From Polyangiales bacterium (GTDB lineage: Bacteria; Myxococcota_A; Polyangia; Polyangiales; Houyiibacteriaceae), in contig JBGCFM010000277.1 of assembly GCA_045106895.1 (NCBI GenBank), positions 1-30,418 on the forward strand: a stretch of 30,418 bases of DNA, read 5' to 3'. The translations under genes were made by a program, and so were the position numbers. The notes below the pieces were generated by a model. The model did not search any database. It saw only the letters and a program-made list of their open reading frames with translations, and was not told where the DNA came from. Below, one piece after another: positions 17,001 through 23,389 of this stretch. The number at the start of each line of letters is the position of its first letter. Positions within the stretch are counted from its first letter, which is position 1.

Positions 17001-19887
17001 CGCGCGCCGCGGCGCCGTGGCTCACGCGACGGCAGCCCTACGCACATCGAGTGGGCGAGGTTGGGCACGAGCTCTCGACCTCTGCCCCGACGATCCCATC
17101 GCGCGCGAAGAGCTCCTCGCGTCCAGCGACATCGACGCTGCGGACCGCGCGAAAGCGCTCAGCGCGCAGCTCGGCGAAGGGGATCCTGTCACCAAGCGGA
17201 TGGCGACTCTGAGGGCAGGGATGTTGCACGAAGCGAGCGGCGATCCGGCTCAAGCCGCCACACTCTATCGAGAGCTCCCCGATGATGACCCTTTGGCGAT
17301 GCGTTTTCTCGACCGCGCCGATCTGGCGTCCGAAGGATACGCGCGGGTCGCCGAGAGGCGCTTCGCCGCGGTGCGTGCAACGACCGGCACACCCGGAGCC
17401 CTCGCTGCGCTGGAAGCCCTCGCCGCCATCGACCTCTACGAGCGCAACGATCCACGCTCCGCGTTCTTGACGCTCCAGTCGATTCTTGACGACGCCCCGG
17501 GCCACCTCCCAACGCTGCGTGCCATCGAACGCTACTTCATGGACCAAGGCCGAGACGATGAGCTCGCCCGAATCCAGCGCGCATTCGCAGAACACCTGAG
17601 CGATCCCCTCGATGTCGCCGCAACGGCGAGGGCCGCCTCTGAGCTTCTCTTGGGCGATGCGAACGCTCAAGGAGACGCAGCCGACGAGGTCTTGAGGGAA
17701 AGCGCGACGCGTATCCTCGGTGAACTCGAAGGCGAAGACCGTCGCTGGGTCGCGCGTCACCTTCTGGCGGGCCATGCCGACGCCGAGATGCGTGCCGCTG
17801 CAGTTCGATGCGTGGCACACGGCCGAACAGAGGGTGAACGCGGTCCCATTCTCTTGACCGAACTCGATGCGCTGATTGAGACGTCGTCTGCGGCAGAGGT
17901 CGCCGCGGAACTCGTCGGCCCTGAGGGCGACGGTCACGTGATCCTGAGTGAGGTTCGCGCCAACCTGCTGGAAGCAGCGGAGAACCCAGCCGCCGCCGGC
18001 GATGCGTTCAGGCGTGCTGCCACCCTCGCGCAGGATTCACGGCATCAGCTTCATCTCCACGTCGGCGCAGCGCGCAATCTCAACGCGGCGGGCGACACAG
18101 ATGGGGCTATCGCGGCCCTCGAAGCAGCGGCTGAGATCGATGTGACGCATGGTGAGGTGTTCGACCAGCTGCGAACGCATTACCAAGCGAGCAACGAAAC
18201 ACGGAAGCTAGCGGCCCTCGCAGAGAGCCGTGTTTCCGCCGGAGCGGACGACGGCACGCTGCTTTCCCTCCATGAAACCCAGGCGCGGCTCAAGGCGACA
18301 TTGGGCGACCGCGCAGGCGCAAAGGAGGCGCTCCTCGCTGCTTTGGTCATCGACCCAAACCACGTCGATGCCCTCGAAAAGCTCGCTCGCCTTTGCCTTG
18401 AAGACGAAGACTGGTCCGGCGCCGCAGAGGCCCTCGTTCGTTTCGCGCGGCTGACCAAGACGCGCGAACACATGCGCTGGGTCTTCTTTGAGCTCGGTAC
18501 AATCTACGATCTGCATCTACCGGACGCGAGGCGCGCTGAGGCGGCGTATCGCCGCGTTCTGAAGCTTGAACCGGACGACCTTGAGGCCCTTGAGCGACTC
18601 AGCTCCTTCTACTTCAAGAACAAGATGTGGCCCCAAGCCATCCTCGCCACGGGTGAACTCCACAAGCGTGAGATCGACCCGGATGCCAAGACGCGTCACA
18701 TCATTCGTCACAGCCGAGCGCACGAGGAGGCTGGTAAACTCCGCCTCGCCGAACAGACCCTCGATCAGGAGCGAAAGCTACGCCCGAACGATCTTCAGGT
18801 CCTGCGAGCCCTCGCCGACCTCTACGAACGTCAGAACGCAGAGTCTGCTCTGTCGATGCACCTCAACCGCGCGAGCGGGGACTTTCGCCGACAGATCGAG
18901 GAGGAGCCGAGCTCGCCCGAAGCCTGGACCGGCCTCGCTGAAGTTCTCACCTGGCGCGGCGCCGATGACGCCGGCCGGGTGGTCGCCTCCACGGCGCTCG
19001 CGTCCGGAGTCTCCGAGCTCACGCTCACGAGCCGCCTCGACGCAAACGGGGGCGCTCCTGGTGGCGGAGCCGCGGCGACGGACCCCGAGCTACACGAGCT
19101 CCTTGCGCCAACGCTTCTCACACCTGCGACCTTTGAGGTCTTCCGCGAGGTGGGTCCGACCCTCGACAAGCTCTTGCCCTTCGATGCGAAGGCCTGGCGC
19201 ACTGAGAAGGTGGACCGTCGGGACGACCCTCTTCACCTCGAAGCCCAGCGCGTCGCTCGTTGGTTTGGTCATTCGGACGTTCAGATTCTCATCTCCGACG
19301 CTGCGCCCAAAGTATGCGTGCCGGTTTCGTCCGAGCCCTTAACGATCGTCGTGGGTCGCGAAGTGGCGGCCCAAGCTTCCGTGGAAGAGCGCGCGTTCCT
19401 TTTCGCGCGCGCTGCGAAGGTTGCGTCCGTGGAGCTCGGTGTTGCGATGCGCTCCTCGCCTCGTCAACTTGGCCTCTACCTGGCGGCGCTTGTCCGCCTC
19501 TACGATCCGAACCACCAGCCTGCCGACATCGAAGCCAAGGAGCTGGAGTTGGCGGTCAAACGAATGAGTCGCACGTTGCCACGCCGCGTCCGAGACGTCC
19601 TCGGCCCCGCCGCCGTCGAGATGGGTGGCACGCGGGGATTCGACGCCGCTCGCATTGGACTCGCCGCTGCACAGCTAGGTGACCGCGCCGGTCTTCTCGC
19701 CATTGGGAATGTCCCCATGGCGGTACTCGCGTTGCTACGCCTTGCGGGCATCAGCGGTCATGGCCAAAGCTCGGCGGAACGAGTTGAGTCTCTACGAAAC
19801 GTTCCCGAAGCCCTAGACCTCCTGCGCTTCGCTACATCCGATGCACACTTTGAGGCGCGTCGGCGCATCGGAGCGGACCAGGCCTAG
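14008..19887 (+). CDS. Giant TPR-like alpha-solenoid protein B (1959 aa) with an acidic disordered N-terminus of about 410 aa
   Basis: GTGA overlap with protein A. TPR units such as AALVIDPNHVDALEKLA and AYRRVLKLEPDDLEALERL. C-terminus DRAGLLA...LLRFATSDAHFEARRRIG. Confidence 0.88.
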   Translation: MSEDDDFDLDSALDAWADSFDAGTSQPPAPPEAESKRPSNRPTSPPPLGATELASKFPLFEEDDGEEASTKIASVPPSLLAALGETNKAIDLDLDGLFPPELENSVAAEVRSDPPPPGRASDRPSRPASVRPLSAPPEDIDVDVDSLLFDIDAAASEAPAGLLAEEDETARELDDDKLDIDSLFPMDVASDEDDDDDFDLHFGEPTEEPNDEETRVGSYAAAEASSGASSYEEAAADRFEAEDEKVEAEDEKTEAEDEKAEAEADRELDAQVLVDDTAEGPANASSAPPPPPRPVPPLVQRPLIPSPAVPALAIPASKPVVVAESGPPVVAVPSVPVEAPQGPSDDESLQANEAQVSPDDVSETPTANPEPASAALAEAEAEAEDPNAEAQPLADEPPASVAAPLANEDKDGGAQTAQRTVTRRKPRREDYPLVGHDIRTKRARTKLLRELAIRSDDTGKAGLLLAASEMEMQLGEAGEARSLTRAAHETDPLNLLALRSMRRDAFSQGDWGEAEALLEKEIALPLSEIDRGAAAMLLAEVRLAQTHDYGGAAEAATMAYESTKSPAAAILLALARRADGDREGSAEALGWAGANIEDSGLGSVLRGMAGRSMERGNSPLLAAKLYNGEDISSLLGRARTAPTANARRDALAMASIQAESPFLRELARRGAALLALAGGDAAWATTGLTDGTRATTHRLRAQAAQVAGKADIREASLVALAACTGGSSRALALVDLAEVLAAREDLEGAEQALRDAHLADSKLGTVQVVREVIARKSGDTSRLAQAALVASSDGRGAIEAAAMHVRSGDDVEARQRSERTQLQHALEEGVAPLTADTLLLDLCAESGDSEGTQQQLRRYADRATGARRVGALLALAERSDDPAAVLAEARDAAPGLAVVTRPLARMLRVANPERAAAAWLEESEAADRPRAAHAASTAARILLEAGSAEEAHAAARRSYDLAPSAGPASWMLAGDLGPSLEGEELALFLEEVGDGDTNARRGAVAHATAALRTSSGRGWARALDLCPDDPIAREELLASSDIDAADRAKALSAQLGEGDPVTKRMATLRAGMLHEASGDPAQAATLYRELPDDDPLAMRFLDRADLASEGYARVAERRFAAVRATTGTPGALAALEALAAIDLYERNDPRSAFLTLQSILDDAPGHLPTLRAIERYFMDQGRDDELARIQRAFAEHLSDPLDVAATARAASELLLGDANAQGDAADEVLRESATRILGELEGEDRRWVARHLLAGHADAEMRAAAVRCVAHGRTEGERGPILLTELDALIETSSAAEVAAELVGPEGDGHVILSEVRANLLEAAENPAAAGDAFRRAATLAQDSRHQLHLHVGAARNLNAAGDTDGAIAALEAAAEIDVTHGEVFDQLRTHYQASNETRKLAALAESRVSAGADDGTLLSLHETQARLKATLGDRAGAKEALLAALVIDPNHVDALEKLARLCLEDEDWSGAAEALVRFARLTKTREHMRWVFFELGTIYDLHLPDARRAEAAYRRVLKLEPDDLEALERLSSFYFKNKMWPQAILATGELHKREIDPDAKTRHIIRHSRAHEEAGKLRLAEQTLDQERKLRPNDLQVLRALADLYERQNAESALSMHLNRASGDFRRQIEEEPSSPEAWTGLAEVLTWRGADDAGRVVASTALASGVSELTLTSRLDANGGAPGGGAAATDPELHELLAPTLLTPATFEVFREVGPTLDKLLPFDAKAWRTEKVDRRDDPLHLEAQRVARWFGHSDVQILISDAAPKVCVPVSSEPLTIVVGREVAAQASVEERAFLFARAAKVASVELGVAMRSSPRQLGLYLAALVRLYDPNHQPADIEAKELELAVKRMSRTLPRRVRDVLGPAAVEMGGTRGFDAARIGLAAAQLGDRAGLLAIGNVPMAVLALLRLAGISGHGQSSAERVESLRNVPEALDLLRFATSDAHFEARRRIGADQA
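14724..14797 (+). repeat. 21-bp tandem repeat, 3.5 copies (EAEDEKx)
   Basis: cgaagctgaagacgaaaag-(gt/ac/gc) three times, then cgaagctgaag. Confidence 0.9.
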
Positions 19888-19898
19888 GGTCTGGCGCC

Positions 19899-20510
19899 AT
19901 GGCAAGAGACGGCAGCATCGGGTGGATTGGCCCCAGTGACGAAGACACGGGTCGCCTGCGTCACGCAGCGGAACGGCTGCTGAGCCTTGGTGTCGATCAG
20001 GTCGTCTACCTGGGAGAGGCGACCACCCTCGAGGAGAACGCCGAACGCTGGAGCTTCGAGCTGGGCGGAGACGGACGCTCCTTTCTCGATCGCGTCGCAG
20101 GCGTCGCTGAGAGCGGGACGCCGGCGGAGATCGCCAACCTCCTCGAGAGCGAGCGAGCCATCCGAACGTTGAGCCGCCTGCGTACGCTGCCGCCCTTGCC
20201 AACACGCGCGGTGGAGATGCTCGCCGGCCGCATCATTCTCGCGGTCCGTGACAAGAAGGTCCTCGACGAAGAGGACATCGCAAACGCCACAATCATCGTC
20301 TACGGCAACGCGACAGAGTGGCTCTTCAAACGCTTCGGCCCGCGTTACTTCTTGACGCCCGGTCCTCTCGCACAAGGCCGCGTCGCTATCCTCGGCGGGG
20401 GGGAAGGTGACGACAGCCTGACTCTCTCGGCCATCGACGTTGCGAGCGGCGAAGAGGTCGAACGCCACGTCCTGCAAGGTGTGTCCTCGCGCATGACGGT
20501 CAGCGGCTAG
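19899..20510 (+). CDS. Degenerate YfcE/Vps29-type metallophosphoesterase-fold protein
   Basis: Motif order IGWIGPS / VDQVVYLGE / IIVYGNA / FLTPG..RVAIL parallels IGIISDTH / VD.IIHLGD / IVIHGHTH / LNPG..YAIL, but the metal ligands are lost. Confidence 0.65.
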   Translation: MARDGSIGWIGPSDEDTGRLRHAAERLLSLGVDQVVYLGEATTLEENAERWSFELGGDGRSFLDRVAGVAESGTPAEIANLLESERAIRTLSRLRTLPPLPTRAVEMLAGRIILAVRDKKVLDEEDIANATIIVYGNATEWLFKRFGPRYFLTPGPLAQGRVAILGGGEGDDSLTLSAIDVASGEEVERHVLQGVSSRMTVSG

Positions 20511-20512
20511 AG

Positions 20513-21061
20513 GTGGGCGAAACACTCGCAGTGTTCGGGGGAAGCTTTGACCCCCCTCACGTCGCTCACACGCTGGTCGCGGCGTGGGCCAAAGCGACAG
20601 GGTCCGTAGACCGCGTGCTCGTTATCCCCGCTTTCGCCCACCCCTTCGGAAAGAAGTCTGTCGCGTTTGAGCACCGTCTCGCGATGTGCCGCCTTGCCAT
20701 GGAGGGCTTTCCTTTTGCGGAAGTCTGCGACATCGAAAAAGACGTAGGAGACGGCCGAACGCTCTACACCCTCGAAGCTCTTCAGAAGCGTCACCCAGAC
20801 TCGGCGTTTCGCCTTCTCATCGGCTCGGACATCCTCGCGGGAGCCGACCGCTGGCATCGTTGGGACGACATCGTCGCCCTCGCGCCGCCCCTCGTGGTCG
20901 GACGCACCGGCCATCAGCATGCCGACGCACCGGACGCGCTCAACCTTCCGGAGCTAAGCTCCACGGAGCTTCGAGCTCGGCTCAAAGCCGGTGAGACGAC
21001 GCGAGGTCGCATCGCGCTCTCCGTCGCGCAGTACATCGAAACCCACGGCCTCTATCGATGA
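20513..21061 (+). CDS. nadD: Nicotinate-nucleotide adenylyltransferase
   Basis: GTG start; FGGSFDPPHVAH, HRLAM, TLYTL, LLIGSD..W..W and LSSTELR. Confidence 0.92.
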   Translation: MGETLAVFGGSFDPPHVAHTLVAAWAKATGSVDRVLVIPAFAHPFGKKSVAFEHRLAMCRLAMEGFPFAEVCDIEKDVGDGRTLYTLEALQKRHPDSAFRLLIGSDILAGADRWHRWDDIVALAPPLVVGRTGHQHADAPDALNLPELSSTELRARLKAGETTRGRIALSVAQYIETHGLYR

Positions 21062-21828
21062 GTCTACGCGTTGTCATCGTGGGCCGCGGCCGAGTCGGCC
21101 GTGGGCTAAAACGTTACCTCGCCGAGAGCGACGAGGTGAGTGTTCGCCTCGTCAAAGGGGCTACGCAAACGATCTCCGCCGCCGACGTTCTCCTGCTCGC
21201 GGTCCCCGACGCTCACATAGCAGAGGTCGCCGCACGTCTCGCGCCCGGCAGTGACGCCGTCATGCTCCACTGTGCTGGCCGCCTTGGCGTTGAAGCCTTT
21301 GGCGGGCTAACCCGCAAAGGACTCGGAGCGCTGCATCCGCTCATCTCTTTCGCTTCCGCGAACGCGCCGCCGCCGAACGCGGGATATGCGTTTGCTGTCT
21401 CCGGTGACGCACGCGCTCAAAAAGCGGCGCGGCGGCTGGTGAAAGCAATGGGCGGCCATGTCTTGCCTGGGGTGCACGGAAACGCGTACCACGCCGCGGC
21501 GGCCCTTACGGCGAATGGCGCCGCCGCTATCAGTGACGTCGCCATCGACGTTCTTGTCTCCGTGGGTGTGCAGCGCAAAAACGCGGCACGCGCACTGGCC
21601 GGACTCCTCCACAGCGTCGCCTACAACGTAGAGAAGCTTGGAACTCCTGAAGCCCTGACAGGCCCGGTCATGCGAGGGGACGTTCAAGCCATCGCGGAGC
21701 ACCGTGACGCACTCACGAAACACCCTCGAAGCGCCTATGATCTCGTCGGCCGCCTGATCGTTGGCACCGCGAAACGTGCAGGTCTGAGCGCCAGCAAAGC
21801 GAAGCGTCTACTCAGCATTCTTCAATGA
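21058..21828 (+). CDS. Rossmann-like plus DUF2520 protein (PanG-type ketopantoate reductase family)
   Basis: GRGRVG, LLAVPD, HCAG, LHPLISF, YHAAA and ALTGPVMRGD..H. ATGA overlap with nadD. Confidence 0.88.
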   Translation: MSLRVVIVGRGRVGRGLKRYLAESDEVSVRLVKGATQTISAADVLLLAVPDAHIAEVAARLAPGSDAVMLHCAGRLGVEAFGGLTRKGLGALHPLISFASANAPPPNAGYAFAVSGDARAQKAARRLVKAMGGHVLPGVHGNAYHAAAALTANGAAAISDVAIDVLVSVGVQRKNAARALAGLLHSVAYNVEKLGTPEALTGPVMRGDVQAIAEHRDALTKHPRSAYDLVGRLIVGTAKRAGLSASKAKRLLSILQ

Positions 21829-21850
21829 GGCGCTCGTCGAAGAACTCGTA

Positions 21851-21912
21851 TGCGCCTGGTGTTCGGCACCAAACCGGCGCAGACCTCGCGCAAGTCACGC
21901 GCTCTCTTGCGC
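21851..21912. terminator. Two adjacent hairpins between convergent genes, candidate terminator or stabiliser
   Basis: TGCGCC-TGGTG-TTCGG-CACCA-AACC-GGCGCA (21851-21881) and GCGCAAG-N11-CTTGCGC (21888-21912). There is no U-tract. Confidence 0.45.
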
Positions 21913-21922
21913 ACGGGCTGAC

Positions 21923-23350
21923 CTAGAGAAAGGTCGAAACCAAAAGATACGCGACGGCGGCGACGACGAGCGAGGCGACGACGAGCCCAGCGTAGAACAT
22001 GGTGTCACCGCCCTCTTCTGGCGCCGTCGGAGGCGGGGTCTTCAGCGAAGGCGGCTCCGCCGCAGGTGCTGGGCTCGCTGCGATGGGCGGCGCTTGGGGA
22101 ACGTTGACTTCGCCCACCGTCGGCGCGGGAGCGATCACTGGCGGGCTCATATTGGGAGGGCTGAGTGGGGGGCTGAGTGCTGGAGGACTCGCTGCTGGAG
22201 GACTCGCTGCTGGAGGACTCAGTTCTGGTGAAAGCGCTGGAAGAGCCGGGACGTTCACCGGCTCTGGGGCCGTGCTCCCTGGCGGCGCTGAGGCTGGCCC
22301 AAAGGACTCCGCCTTTTCCATTTCAATCTGGTCGGCGGCGAGCTCGCGTTCACGTCGGACTCCGACGATTTCGTCCGCGAAGTGATCGGAGAGGAACGAG
22401 CCAAAGCGTAGCGGCGATGCCCGCAGCCCTTCGTCGAGAGCGAAGTCCTCAAGGACCTCGAGGAACTCCGCCGCCGTCTTGTAGCGCTCGTCTCGATCCG
22501 CAGAGAGCGCCTTGTTGAGGATCTTCTGGAGCGCCGCTTGGCTGGGAATGCCTCGCTCCGGCAGGGCCGGAATGTCCGCCGCCTTCGCCAACTCGAGCAC
22601 CTCGCGGCCTTTGCCCTTGTAGAGGCGGCGCCCTGCACACAGCTCCCACAGCAAAATGCCTGCGGCAAAGATGTCCGCGCGTGCATCCAGTTCGCTGCCG
22701 TGTGCGTGTTCCGGCGCCATGTACGCGGCCTTGCCGGCGACGCGTGTTGCCGCGATGGTCTCTTCATCGGCGGACTCCGTCGTGGCCCGGGCGATGCCGA
22801 AGTCACAGAGCTTCACTTCGCCCTCGAAGGAGATCAGTACGTTGGACGGCGACACGTCACGGTGGACAATCCCAAGAGGCGCGCCTTGGTCGTCACGCGC
22901 ACGATGAGCGTAGTCGAGAGCCCGGAGCGTCTCGATCACGATCGAGAACGCGAACTCCGCGGGAAGCGGAATCCGTCCCTTGCTCAAACGTCGCAAGAGC
23001 TGGTGAAGGTCAAAGCCCTCCACGTAGTCCATGGCCAAGAAGAGACGGCCCCCTTCTCGACCCAGGTCGAACACCTGCACGATGTTCGCGTGGTTGAGTC
23101 GACCGGCAAGCTTCGCTTCCGCCGTCAGCATCTCCATGAACGCAGGATCGTGGTCGAAGGTGTCGCGGATCTCCTTGATGACGCACAGACGATGGCCGCC
23201 GAGACTGTTGCCCATGCGCGCCAGGTAGATGTCCGCCATCCCGCCCCGTCCGATCATGTCGAAGAGCAGGTAGCGGCCGAACGCACGCGGCAGGTTCTCA
23301 GCGGCCAGATTCTTTGAATCGTTGGACGCCGTCGCGGATGCGGCGGTCAT
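21923..23350 (-). CDS. Hanks-type Ser/Thr protein kinase with a Pro-rich linker and C-terminal TM anchor
   Basis: GRGGMA, VIK, HRDVSPSNVL, DFG, GKAAYMAPE and ADIFAAG; hydrophobic C-terminus. Confidence 0.95.
   Translation of the reverse strand: MTAASATASNDSKNLAAENLPRAFGRYLLFDMIGRGGMADIYLARMGNSLGGHRLCVIKEIRDTFDHDPAFMEMLTAEAKLAGRLNHANIVQVFDLGREGGRLFLAMDYVEGFDLHQLLRRLSKGRIPLPAEFAFSIVIETLRALDYAHRARDDQGAPLGIVHRDVSPSNVLISFEGEVKLCDFGIARATTESADEETIAATRVAGKAAYMAPEHAHGSELDARADIFAAGILLWELCAGRRLYKGKGREVLELAKAADIPALPERGIPSQAALQKILNKALSADRDERYKTAAEFLEVLEDFALDEGLRASPLRFGSFLSDHFADEIVGVRRERELAADQIEMEKAESFGPASAPPGSTAPEPVNVPALPALSPELSPPAASPPAASPPALSPPLSPPNMSPPVIAPAPTVGEVNVPQAPPIAASPAPAAEPPSLKTPPPTAPEEGGDTMFYAGLVVASLVVAAVAYLLVSTFL
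22156..22220. repeat. 15-bp and 12-bp tandem repeats encoding SPPAA/SPPL in the kinase linker
   Basis: tgctggaggactcgc about three times (22178-22220), preceded by two gggctgagtg units. Confidence 0.85.
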
Positions 23351-23389
23351 AGCTCGCTTGGTTTGAAACTTTTGCGGCGGAAACGCAAG

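Noticed and set aside
19884..20525. 213-aa minus ORF as an alternative to 19899-20510
   Set aside because: The plus ORF fits the operon spacing and has a recognisable fold pattern.
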